Below, piece by piece: positions 47,101 to 58,889 of a stretch of 64,000 bases of DNA (within the stretch, counting starts at the first letter, position 1; each line of letters begins with the position of its first letter). Location of the stretch: assembly GCA_047967505.1 (NCBI GenBank), contig CM106538.1. One strand, written 5' to 3'. Under the pieces are notes generated by a model. The model saw nothing but the letters and a program-made list of their open reading frames with translations, was not told the origin of the DNA and searched no databases. A program made the translations under genes and the position numbers. The DNA is from Dipteris shenzhenensis (taxonomy: Eukaryota).

Positions 47101-50100
47101 GATGGTCCATCTATCCCACTAGGATACCATGAGGTCAACTAGGTCATTCGAGAAGATCTACTACAGTTACACACATTCAAGACCTAGTTGGAGCCATAGA
47201 GACCATTGTCTGCACATTTCTGAGGAGGGTTTCATTGTCCCACCAGAGTACACTTGGATCCACCTGCCACACTCACTGAGGATCTCTATCGGGCAGTTTC
47301 AAGTTTCATCACACGACTCTGTATTGACAGTGGGCGAGTTGAGGGGACACCCAAGGAGAGATGCATATGCATGTTATGTGATCGACAGGAGGTGGAGTCA
47401 GAGGAGCACTTCGCATTCAGATGGCCCATGTACTACGAGATTTGCAGTCGATACCATTGCCTTTTTAGGGACGGCGGTCTTGGGCCATTATCCAAACTTC
47501 TCATACGCAGACCAGGGATGCCTCGCCGCCTTCATCCATGAGGCGGTCCGGTTTAGGGAGTACTTACTCAGGACGCAAAGACATAGGACTCGTTCCCTCT
47601 CAGAGCAAGATCACAGAGTTCTTCTAGTCAGACTGCACGCGCCCTATAGTCACTGATAGCAGACGCAACAGAGATCCAGAGCCTGAGGCACATCGCACTT
47701 GATAGCGGACGAACATGCACATCACACTGAGGGACCTCCCATCCCTGTTCAGGCCTGGGGCTCGACCCATAGGGGTTACTATAGCCTTGGTCAAGAGTAG
47801 AGTCATTGCCAGGAGACCGAGACGGGCGGCACCCATAGATAGTATCCCCCTAACACACATATACCTCTATGGGGCCGCTTGCATGGACTAGTGCCAGCTA
47901 GCCCTGATGGTGGACTGACCCAAATATGAGAATGATGACGATGTTGATGACGATGATGATGATGTCACTATTGATGATATGACTATGTACTACTTAGCAC
48001 TTAGCATTCAACATGGGTAATGATGCTCGTTTAGTAGCTCCACCCTTTCTGCTTGATTTGTATCAGTTTTCTATTAGTCTCATAGACCCATCGGTCTTTC
48101 AAACGCTTTAATAAACTTTCTTTCTTTCTAAACTTTCTCTTTTCCAGATCAAAGATGCTTGAACAAATTCCTTCATGAGGCAGTTAGGCATCGTGAGCGC
48201 CTACTCCGATCCTAGAAACAATAGGAGTGTACCTTGGTGGACGCTTCTCAGAGCATGATCATGGAGTTCTTCCAGCCGGATCACATGGACTCTTCCCTAG
48301 AGGTCCTAGACATGATCGTGACCTAGAGCCAATGACACAGCAGCTCAAGCAGAGGTTTGATGCACAGATTACACTTGGGGACATTCCCTCCATGATCAGA
48401 GTGGGAGCGAGATCGACAGGTGTGACTGTTTCCCTCGTTAGGTGTAGAGCCGTGACCAAGAGACAGCATAGGATTGCATCCATAGGGGGCCGGCAGCACT
48501 CCATATCTGATTTCATGCTATCGTTCCCTCGTACTTGACGAAGGAAGGGACCACATTGACCTTGGAGCACACGTCACTTTGTATTATGATGGCAGTTGAG
48601 GATGTTGATGCTGTAGATGACTACTATTTTGATATGACTATGTAGGATACAATTTTCCTGCTTTTGTACGGGTGTGGATGCTCGGTTAGTAGCTCCACCC
48701 CTCCGGCAGGATTTGTATCAGGTTTCTTTCACAGTGTCATAGACCTATCAGTCTTCCGAAGACTTTAATAAACTTTCTTTCTTTCTTTCTAGGTCTAGCA
48801 CACAAGCTAGCCCAAAGACATGATAAGTTGTATAATGACAAATTGATGAGCTTGAGACAGTGATGCAGACACAGGGGGGTGTAGGTTGCTCTCTTGCGGG
48901 CACGCTGATCTAGATTTTGCTCTATGCAGATGACGTGGCTCTCTTGTCTTCCTCAGCAGAGGGGCTTCAGAGACACCTAGACGCACTACAGTCCTTTTGT
49001 GAGTCTCATGATTTGAAGGTCAACCTGGGTAAAACCAAGGTCATGATCTTCAATACATCTCGAGCCATCATGCGTCAGGAGCAGTTCACATTTGTGGGGT
49101 CATCTGTTGAGATAGTTTCATCATACACTTATCTTGGGGTTATCTTCTTTGGACCGAGCTTCACGATGAGACCCGCGATGCAGGCACGCTTGAGTAGAGG
49201 GTATGCCTCATTGGCCAGACTAGAGAGGCAGTGCTTCCGCTTGCACTTTCATGATCCACGCACCAAGGGGTTGCTTTTTGACTCCTTGGCTTACCCAGCG
49301 GGGATGTACGGCAGCCCTTGTTGGGGGCCAGACTTGTTGGATACAGAGTGGACAGTTGGCCTCAAACAGACCATGGAATGGCTTGTTTACTGGCCCATGC
49401 TGTGGCCTATATGAGGCCCTAAACCAGCCTTTAACACAACCTCCAACTCTGGTATAACCTGCAAGAAAGAGAGTGAGAAAGGTCCTGATATCAAATCAAC
49501 CCGATGGAGCTGGAATGCCCATTGATCATCTGTTGTGGTAGAGGCTTGGTAAGCGAGTCTGTTGTGTTGTCCTTCGTCAAACAAAAAGACAAGAATGTAT
49601 CCCCATCAATGATCTTTTCACGGAAAAAATGGTACTATATCACAATGTGCTTAGTCTAGGCATGGAACGCAGGATTCCTTGCAATCGCTATACAACTCTT
49701 GTTGTCACACTTGACGATGCTCGGATCCCTCTATTGGAACCCAACTTCTCCAAGTAGCCTTCAAAGCTAGACCACCTAGCAGGTTGCTGCTCAGCCTCAA
49801 TGGATGACAAGGCCACAGTAGGCTGCTTCTTACTGCTCCACATAATGATTGCTGAACCAAGGGTAAAAACATAACTGATTCTCGACCTCCTCGTGTCCGC
49901 GTCTCCTCCCCAATTTGAATCACTCCAACCTTGTAGATGGATCCTAGGCTTCACTCCCATCCCCGCAGCATAAAACAATCCCTAATCCTTTGTATCGTGT
50001 GTAGATACTGGAGGATCCGCATACCTGCATCCCACTGTGTCTTTAGTGGTGTCTGCATGAAGGAGCTTAACAGCCCCACTGAAAAGCTGAGGTCCAAACC

Positions 50101-53091
50101 TGATGTTGAGTAGCCAGATCAAGGAGCCAACGAGCTTCCGGCCAATGCTGCATCCAACCGCTCACAGGGATCAGTCTAGGGCATCTTCGTGTTCGGGTTC
50201 CATGGGAAACAAGATAGATTTATAGTTTTCCATGTTGAAGTTGCCAACAGAGCTCACGAACATACCGCTGTTGGGACACAAAAAAAACCCTTTGTGTCTG
50301 CCATATTTCTAAACCTGAAAAGAGATGGAGAAGATCCAAATCTGTCATCTCATGCATAATATTAGAAGGGATGAACAATTTTGAGCATTGAGAGTTTGAT
50401 CATCCAATTCTTCAGCTAGCTTTGCTTGCACTTTGCTCTCCTTTGGGGAGATGTAATCATTTTTTGAAACAAAACTATATGAGATAAGGCCGACAGCTTT
50501 GATTTCAACTCAGTGAAATATGGCTTGCCTAGATTGTTAGGAAAATTTGCGTACCATTGTACATAGATATAGCAATGGCTGTTGCAGTGAATGTAAGGGT
50601 GCCCAGCGTGCATATACCATTGACCCATAGTAAAGGATGGATATTGGGAAGGTATCCAAAATCATGATAAATCTAGACTTTCAAGGTGAAGGCGTGCAGT
50701 TTGCTAATTTGCAACATTAAAAATAGAGAAATGTAGCCTTGATAAAACAAATTTGGTCAACATAGAAGTGACCAAAGATTGAGGTGGAAAAGTGGCCTTG
50801 CTTGACCGCATTGAATGCAGCCTTTGTCATGGCAATATGCTCCACATGGCTGCTTATCAAGATGAAATCACTGACATACAAGATGATGAGGGTAACCAAA
50901 CCTTTCTCCCGGAATATATACAAGTTTGGATCAGCCATAGATGTTTAAAACCCCTTTCGAACAAAGAATGCGTCAATTTTCTGATTCCACACCCGAGATG
51001 CTTCATACAATGCCTTCCTAAACCTATAGACCATCCCTTATGAATTAGGAGCCTGAGATCCAGGAGGCTGCTCCACATACACTTCCTCAAATCGCGTTTT
51101 TCAAGTGCTTTACTTGCAGTCCCAAATGCTTAGTGCTTTGATGTTACATGCGCAGTCACCACACCATCAAGACATGGGCGATGGTTTCATCCATATGCGA
51201 TGCTGTTGGGATGGGTGGGATATCGACAGTGGCAATATCTGCAGACTGTCCCCACCTCAAACAATTGCCGACAACAAACTCCGAACTGTCCACGCCTCAA
51301 ACGCTATCCAATTCCAACCTTTTAGACAACTTGCTGCTCTGATACCATGTGAAAGTGCAGCAGAAAGGCGAGTAGAGCTGACAGCAGAACAAGCGAATTG
51401 AAATAGCAAGAAGATGCGAATGGAGAGTGGGAAAGGGGGCCCTATCTATAGGGGGGCCTTGAAACTGAACTGGCACATTGGGTCTGGTTAACCAGATGAT
51501 TGACCCGACCTAACAAGCCGACTGACTCAACCAAATCTGGTCAAGTTAACCTAATGTAGTCTGTTTGGTTGGCCTCAAACTGACCACAGACCAGCCTGGT
51601 TACTACGCCATGCTGTGGCCTATACCAGGCCCTAAAACAGCCTCTAACATTGGCATAATTCCCTAGCTAGGCTCCCACCTAGCCTGCAGAAAACGCAATG
51701 AGAAAGGACTAACACACTACACCTCTCTCTAGGCGGGCACACCCACATAGCAGCCCTCACTCTCTAGTATACATATAGGAGATGACTAACATCAACACCA
51801 GCCAGAGTCCACTCAGAGGGTAATTCTGATTTTTAAAGTTAGATAGCATAGAAGACAGCACAGCCTAGACCCAAAGCCAGAGACACTACAGAATTGCCAA
51901 CGCGCTGACACATGGATGAGGCTTGGGGAATCATCCAGCCACATCTGCATAGTATTTTGATAGGAGGGATAGAACTTGAGATTGTTGGAAACTACCTTTA
52001 GTCAGGGATTGGATAATCATAATTTTATCAAGACATCAAAATATGAGAGAGAAGACGCTTCATTCCCAAACTGTAACCCAAGCTTCTATTTTCTGAGACA
52101 TTTTGTGAGGTTATACAGCAGGATCAGGCCTGAAGGTTGGAGGTTCTTGATTTTCATTGAAAGCGATTGATGCATCTATTTATACTTTTACCTGGTGCAA
52201 AATTTTCTTTTTTGGTGAGATCAATATGTGTTCCTTAACAAAGTTAAATTGTGCTCTGCTTCCTTGTTTTGTAGAGGGATGTATATGTTTTCCTGTGAAT
52301 TAGCCTGCTCAATCACCCAAAATAAGAATTTATGCTTGTGTAGGAAGAGGTCTGGGAGGTTACTGGTGAGCTGCTTGGCATTGCTCTTGGCGTGATTTTG
52401 CTGGTGCGTTGTAATTCACTGATAATTTTTTTGGCCTTAAACCTTTCAGAAATGACATGCTAGCCAAATCAATAATCTGGTCAGGGCATGCATGAAAGTC
52501 TCATATAATAATATGATGGAAATTGACAGGCTACACCTGGACTATCAGCATCATATTCAACCTTGATATTAACTTGGGCATCAATTCGATTGCTTCATCT
52601 ATGGCTACGATATCAATCACTTGCATCATTACAGTTTTCAACTGTTAGTATTGTGAAGTATTAAAGCTTTGATATTGAAACATGCGTCATAAAATTTAGT
52701 ATGTAACCACTGTGCTATCCCTGGTATCTTTGTTCTAATTGTATTTTTTTAAATGCCACAGATCAACTTGAAGCGAGCACTTATAATGGTGGAATCACAT
52801 GTTGCGGGTTCTCTGATTCCAGGTATGTATGGTCGCATGCCAGATAATGCATTCTTGTCAAAGACTGTCATATTTTTATATGTGGTGTACATTTTATTAT
52901 TTCTACAGTGATCAAAAGTTGCCAGAGTTCGTTTCTTTCTGCAGTTCTGATTGATTCCTGCCTTGCTCTCAGGTATATCAGAGTGTAATAGTAAAGAAAA
53001 TCTTCTTCTGCCCTGGCAGTTTTCAAAGCCATATCTACAATTAGGTTGCTCTCTGAAAGATGTGGTCGGAAGTCACATCTCTGTACCTGAG
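44132..53091 (+). CDS. RUS5: ROOT UVB SENSITIVE 5-like (DUF647) gene, 8 internal exons, partial
   Basis: Phase-consistent GT-AG exons 44132-44178, 44301-44379, 44568-44640, 44791-44880, 52344-52403, 52530-52643, 52762-52822 and 52973-53091 splice to WVSKDGLGAFGRLFIGGRFGRLFDDDPKQWRMYAEFIGSFGSIFELATPIMPGLFLPLASLGHLTKAVGRGLKDPSFRVIQNHFAIAGNMGEVSAKEEVWEVTGELLGIALGVILLATPGLSASYSTLILTWASIRLLHLWLRYQSLASLQFSTINLKRALIMVESHVAGSLIPGISECNSKENLLLPWQFSKPYLQLGCSLKDVVGSHISVPE, which I recognise as RUS5-like. Confidence 0.93.
44301..44379 (+). CDS. RUS5: RUS5-like exon (GGRFGRLFDDDPKQWRMYAEFIGSFG)
   Basis: cttcag acceptor, gttagc donor. Confidence 0.93.
44568..44640 (+). CDS. RUS5: RUS5-like exon (SIFELATPIMPGLFLPLASLGHLTK)
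   Basis: ttgtag acceptor, gtactg donor. Confidence 0.92.
44791..44880 (+). CDS. RUS5: RUS5-like exon (AVGRGLKDPSFRVIQNHFAIAGNMGEVSAK)
   Basis: aatcag acceptor, gtgaaa donor. Confidence 0.93.
45259..48130 (+). mobile_element. RTE-X-like LINE, 5'-truncated, degenerate, (TTTC)n tail
   Basis: Starts after a TC-rich tract; GWYDEECK, HKVGDPMSPENYRTIMIGH, GVKQGCPLSPTLF, HADD, CMLC..ESEEHF; AATAAA then (TTTC)n at ~48117-48129. Confidence 0.92.
48140..48791 (+). mobile_element. Short 5'-truncated RTE-X-like 3' fragment with (TTTC)n tail
   Basis: Homologous to the reverse complement of 28024-28660; AATAAA then (TTTC)n at ~48773-48790. Confidence 0.88.
48840..49352 (+). mobile_element. RTE-X-like RT fragment
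   Basis: LYADDVALLSSSAEGLQRHLD, VNLGKTKVMIFN, YTYLGV in ORF 48917-49414. Confidence 0.9.
49356..51649 (-). mobile_element. Internally deleted Ty1/copia element
   Basis: 5' LTR 51348-51649 (TG..CA); PBS-iMet gctctgatacca 51336-51347; partial 3' LTR 49356-49436; RT (ADPNLYI, IILYV) and RNase H (WSDSNWGGDADTRRS, WSSKKQPTVALSS); gag/protease/integrase essentially absent. Confidence 0.88.
52344..52403 (+). CDS. RUS5: RUS5-like exon (EEVWEVTGELLGIALGVILL)
   Basis: gtgtag acceptor, gtgcgt donor. Confidence 0.92.
52530..52643 (+). CDS. RUS5: RUS5-like exon (ATPGL...LHLWLRYQSLASLQFST)
   Basis: tgacag acceptor, gttagt donor. Confidence 0.92.
52762..52822 (+). CDS. RUS5: RUS5-like exon (INLKRALIMVESHVAGSLIP)
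   Basis: ccacag acceptor, gtatgt donor. Confidence 0.92.
52973..53091 (+). CDS. RUS5: RUS5-like exon (GISECNSKENLLLPW...SVPE)
   Basis: tctcag acceptor, gtattg donor. Confidence 0.88.
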
Positions 53092-53779
53092 GTATTGCAC
53101 TCACTTTATGCAGCGAAGAATACAAGATTGTAGATATCAGAAAAATAACAATTTTTATTCAATTTCACTGGACAGAGTTACGTACAGCCTCAACATTATG
53201 GTTGGCTTGTAGTCATGAACCATGAAGGACTGAATTGCATGTCTGGTCACATCCTCTAACACCCGCTCAGTATAACGAATGATGAAAGTGGACTGGCTTG
53301 ATGACATTATTCAGACTTACTCGGAGTGTAGTATTTTGCTTATTGGAAACATACATACCACATCGAGTATGCCAGGGCATATATCAAACGGCTTGCTCCT
53401 CCGATTGATTTCCTCATTGAAGGTTAGAGCATCGGTAGGCTGCATCATATATGGACATTCGACGACAACTAAGGTGAAGTTTAGAAATCATTGCCATTCC
53501 CATTATGTTCAATGGGACACCCTTCAAATGTATGCAGTATCAATTGAGAACGGTTAATGATCTGACAATCTCGAGTCAGCTTAAGAAGTAGTGATTCTTC
53601 TAGACCCATCTTGCTAGCTTGAGGTGATTGGGATATATTCTAGATTCAAATCGAGGCATATCTGGTTCTGCTATATCAACTCACCCTCAGATGCAGAGGA
53701 TGCTCCCCAACCCAACTTGCCAGCTTTAGCTGTTTGAGGTAGTCTTTGATATCCTAATCAGGCATCTTGTGCTAATTCA

Positions 53780-56700
53780 CCGATTTGGAAGAACTCCCAT
53801 CTTTGCCCTGACACTAAGAATTAGACTTTGAAAAGAAGGAAATACAAGGACTGCTATCATACGGGCATTGTTAGGCCAGCCCTTGTTAGACGATGTTCCC
53901 AACAAGTTGAAAGGGGCCACAATTTCAGTAGGATTGATTTGAAGAGTGGGTATCATAAAATACGGATTCATCCTCCAGACATCCACAGGACAGTCTTTTG
54001 AACAATGTTCGGCTTATATGAGTCCTTGGTCATGCCTTTTGGGTTGACAAACGCACCAATCATTTCAATTGAACGATGGATCTGATTTTCAGGCCCTACA
54101 GGCCTTTTACAAATACTTTCTTTGATGATATTCTAGAATTTTCCAGCTCTGAAGAAGAACATAAGAGGCACTCTCGCCACAGCGTTCCAAGAAGTTCGGA
54201 ATAACAAACTATACATTAACGACAAGAAGAGTGAATTCTTTCTAAATGAGATCCACTATCTTGGTCATATAATCTCCAAGGAGGGGATTCGGATGGACCC
54301 AGCCAAGATTAAAGCTATACAGGAATGGCCAGAACTCAATCCAATACAAGAAGTATGCATTTTCTTGGGACTTTGCTCATATTATAGGCTGTTCATCAGA
54401 CACTTTGTGCTGATATAGCAGCTCCATTGCATGATTTGACCAAGAAATTCAGTCTTCAGGTGGGGAGGGCAGGCAAAGGACAATTTTCAACACTCTCAAA
54501 CAAAAGTTAACAACTAAGCTGATCCTTGTCGTTCTAGACTTACACAAACCTTTTGATGTGGATTGTGATGCATGCGGAGAGTGTGTGGGAGCTGCACTCC
54601 TGGTCTACTCTCCACCAAGATGGGCCTACGAGAGTCGGAGGCTGGAAGATGTTGAGAGGCAATATGGGTATTTATGAGAAAGAGATGCTGGCTGTAATTC
54701 ATGCCCTCACTATTTGGAAGCATTATCTTCTTGGAGCTGATTTCAGAGTCAAGATGGACCACCAGAGCCTTAGGTATTTCTTGATGCAAACTAAGCTCTC
54801 CAAAAAGCAGATGAGGTGGACAAACTTTTGTCCATGTTTCATTTTCAGATTGTCCACATTCCACGAGCCCGAAACAGAGTAGCGGATGCTTTATCTAGAA
54901 GGCCCCATGTAAACAATGTCACCATAGCCTATCACAGGGACCTCGAGGAAATGAAAGATCTTTATCTATAGGATTCAAACTTCGGAGAGATCATGAGGAA
55001 CATTCAACAAGGACAATCATTCAACCAATATTCACTTAGGGATGGGTAGCTCATGAAAGATGATCACCTTTGTGTGACCCAAAGCATGAGAACAAAAGTT
55101 TTGAAAGAATTTCACCCCCCTCCATATGCAGATCATTGGGGTATTTCTCTACTACCCAGGTACTTTTGGCCATGAATGTGGAAAAATATCCACAAGTTCG
55201 TTTCTGAATGTCTTACATGCCAAAAAGTTAACTACGACAAACAGAAGACTATAGGATTCCTGATGCCGCTTCTGATACTGCAAAGGCCATGGGAGAGTAT
55301 TGCTATGGATTTTATATTTGATCTTCCACGATCAAAGAATGGGAATATTGGGATATGGACCATAATTGACAGGTTTTAGCAAGCAAGACCACTTCATTCC
55401 AGTTAGGAACACTATCAAGGTAGACCATATAGCCAGTTGTTTATGGCACATATTTTCAAGCACCATGGGTTGCCTAGATCGATACTAAGCAACCGAGATC
55501 CAAGAATGACTATTCTGGAGAGCACTTTTTGATAACATGGGTGGAGTTATCATCTTTATTTCACCCTCAGACAGAAGGTCAGGGAGAGCACAATGCTAGA
55601 TCTTTTAAAGTGTTATGTGTCGAATAGAAATTTGATGGGAAAAGTACCTTAACCTAGTGGAATTTGCATACAACAACATGACTAACAGTTCTATAGGAAA
55701 AGCCCCTTTTGAAGTAATATATGGGAAGGTGGTTTTACCACCTATTCTGCGGACCAAGGATGAGATATTTGCAACTGATCAGTATGTTCGAGACCTCGAT
55801 ACAACCTTCTTTTAAGTTTGGACAACGATCGAAAGGTCACAAAAAAAGCAAAAGAAAGTTGTAGGTAAGCATATAAGGTATACCCAAAGTTGTCTCTTAG
55901 ATACTATGGGCCATTCCAGGTTAGTGAGCCCATAAATGAAGTTGCATATTGACTAAAGCTACCAAAGACTTGGAAGATTCACAATGCTTTTCACGTGAGT
56001 CTTTTAAAGAAGTATTAAGGATTAGAGAACACAGAGCTAGTTTACGAGAAGAGTCACTAGAAGTGGAAGAAATGGAGGGGATCTTCCAACCATAACAGAT
56101 TGTATATCACATAAAGAAGAGACCCAAAGGCAAGGTTACCTGCAGGTACCTTATCAAGTCCAAGAACTATTCGACACTCAATGCCAAGTGGGTAAATGAG
56201 GAGTTCTTTTTGGAGTATCCTTAAGTTTTAAAATTGTGTCAAGAATCTTTTTAGTTGAGGGAAACTGATTAGAAATCGAGAGTATGTCACCAGTTGCTGC
56301 TTCTCCCAATAAACAAAGAGGAATCTTTATTAGATTGACTTTGGTCAAAGAAAGCTGACTTTGGTTAACTAGAATAAGTTTTATTTTACGTTGCTTTGTA
56401 TTGGTAAAAGAGAACCGTAGGAATGCCACAAGGGACTAGGATTAGTTCAAGGACAAGAATGCATGCATTTGGCTAACCTCTAATGGGTAAAAGTGTTGGA
56501 TATTGTTTGTGCAAGGTGCAAGACTTGCAAGACTTTGGAGAATGTTAAGTTCCCCCACATTTTAAGTGGCATCCCAAATAAAGAAGAGCCCACTTGAGCT
56601 AAAAGCATTAAAGGTGCCCCACTCTATGGAGGAAAGTGCTTGCTTTTGGGAAAAGCCCAAGATTTTGGAGAAAGCTCGACTTTCTAGAGAAAAGTGCCTA

Positions 56701-56796
56701 TTTTAGGCAAGAAAAGCAGGCCTGGCTTTTAGAAAGCACATGCTTTCTAAGTGTCTGGCCTAGTCTATAAAATAAGGACCTCTAGGCTCCCAGTTG
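53780..56796 (+). mobile_element. Chromoviral Ty3/gypsy 3' half (RT, RNase H, integrase, chromodomain, partial 3' LTR), degenerate
   Basis: IDLKSGYHKIRI, VMPFGLTNAP, FFDDIL, YEKEMLAVIHAL..WKHYLLG, PWESIAMDFIFDLP, IHNAFHVSLLK, RYLIKSKNY..AKW; 3' LTR starts TGTCAC at 56285 and is cut at ~56796 by a LINE tail. Confidence 0.93.
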
Positions 56797-56797
56797 T

Positions 56798-56828
<31 letters not shown>

Positions 56829-58889
56829 TTAACATCTCTAAAAGGCCAAACGGCCTATGAGACTAAAACAGTTGATACATCTACTAGTGTTGTCTCATCA
56901 AAGAGAACAACAAAATAAATAAGCTGAAGGCTGAGAGCTACTAAAGGTACTTACAGTCAGAGGGATTGCAAGTGACCCAAAACTAATGAAATACCAAGCA
57001 AGTATTTACTAAAAGTACCAATTGATCAGCATAGGCAGAAAACTAATCAATAAAAGGGTTGCACTCTTCTTATGTCAAAAATCCCAATCATGGGCAGCTC
57101 TAGGATCTCATAACTCGGTGCCACACGTTTCCTGTGTTTGGCAATGATGGCACGGATCCGATGAAGATATGGGTGCCGGGCACGGGGTCTTGGGAGCCTG
57201 GGCCTCCGTGACCTGGATATGGCGATGGCTCGGTCCAAAATCACACCACTAGAGTGTGGCAATCTGCCTGTGTGTGATAAGGTGGTGGTGGCGCCAGGGG
57301 TTTCTGATGGCGAGGAGGGCATAAAACTAGCTAAGGTGCTGGCAGTGAAGAAGTCTCTGAGTGTACTTTGCCTGGGTGGGGCTGGTCTCGGCTGTCTGTC
57401 TCCCAACAAAGTCTCTCTATGTCGCTTGAGCTCTGATAAAAACAAACCCAAGCATTTTTTATCTTCGTACTCCATCACCCTACGGAGTGGGCCAAATCCT
57501 TTTCTGAATAGACAGTGGTATCTGCCTCGGATTTCATAATATACCGTGCATCTACATACGTAATGCTCCTCTGTCCCCTCCTCCTGCTGGCATAACTGAC
57601 ATATCCGATCCTGAGGGGCTGTGTGGGTGTATCTCCCTGTCTCTATCCTCAACTAATGTGATGAGGTTCGAATTTGGCCAATAATACTACGTAGCCTGTG
57701 AGATAGGTGTGTGTCCATGTATGCTGGCCTGGCTATAAGTTCATCTGGAGATAGATGAAGAAAATGGCTTTGGTAGTATGCCATCTTCTTCCCTAAGGGC
57801 TCATGTGGTCTACTAGTCCAGGTTCTCTCAGTCTCCAATTTGACAATATCAGCTCTAATGATCTTGTTTCGGTCATGGCGAGACATGTCTAACTTGGGAC
57901 AATCCAAACTGTATTGAAAGGGTGGGAGTGCATCCATTGTCAACTCATGCTCTACAAACCATCTCTGTAGCTGAGCATACCAGCACCATGTTCGACCCTC
58001 CTCTGCTAGCTGCCTGGATGATATCATAGCCAACCGTGCATATCTGGAGCTAGGTAGATCCCACAATCTATGTATGCAAGTTACTGCCTGGAACAGAGCC
58101 TCAGTCACTAGTGGAGCAGCTGCTAATTCAGCTCGTATTATCGGATGGCTTGCTCCGGATCATGCGGGCAATCAATGTCACTAATGGCCTTTCCAATCTC
58201 CTCCACTCAGTTGCACCCCCTACACTGGGGCCCCATATAGTTGCACCGTAAAATAATGTGGGCACCACCAATGTCTCAAACAACCATAATTTTGTGCGTG
58301 GCTCTTGAAATTGTACATGTGCACACTGTCTCTCTAGTGCCCCCAAAGCTGCATAGCCTCTATCCAATCTGGCATCAATCGCGGCTCTCAGTGAAAATTG
58401 TCGACCAGAAAAGATCACGCCGAGGTACACATAAGATCGTACCTGCTCTACTGTCTCACCTTTGAAAGTGTACTGTTGTGCTGAGCGCGTCACCCAAGCC
58501 TGTGTAGTATTAAATACCATCACCTTGGTTTTCCCAGGTTTACTGTTAGATCCTTGTCCTCACAAAAAGCCTGTAGCGCATCTAAATGTCTTTGTAATCC
58601 TTTCGGAGAATCTGCAATCAAAACTACATCATCTGCATAGAGCAGAATGGGTATCAACACTCCTGCTAGGCTGGCTCCGGGTCCTCCTATCCTGTTGATA
58701 TACTCTGAGAGCTCATCAATGTATATGCCAAATAGTGTGGGAGAGAGAGGGCACCCCTGCTTCACGCCAATAGTACTCATAACTGCATTTGACAGCCCTC
58801 TAGGTGCTCTAACTCGGCCCATCACCGTCTCGTACAAGGCATATATCCCCCACTGCATCTCATGTGGTACTCCAATATCATGTAGTCTT
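56797..58889 (-). mobile_element. RTE-X-like LINE (distinct subfamily) with (ATCT)n tail
   Basis: (TAGA)n at ~56798-56827; minus ORFs 58520-58906 (GVKQGCPLSPTLF, LLYADD), 58128-58523, 57653-58108 and 57047-57652 (RICQLC..TEEHYVCRC); interrupted by a copia LTR at 58890. Confidence 0.93.

Noticed and set aside
53092-53133. ORF continuation VLHSLYAAKNTRL as the RUS5 C-terminus
   Set aside because: Starts at a GT donor after GAG and lacks the expected RUS5 C-terminal region; treated as intron
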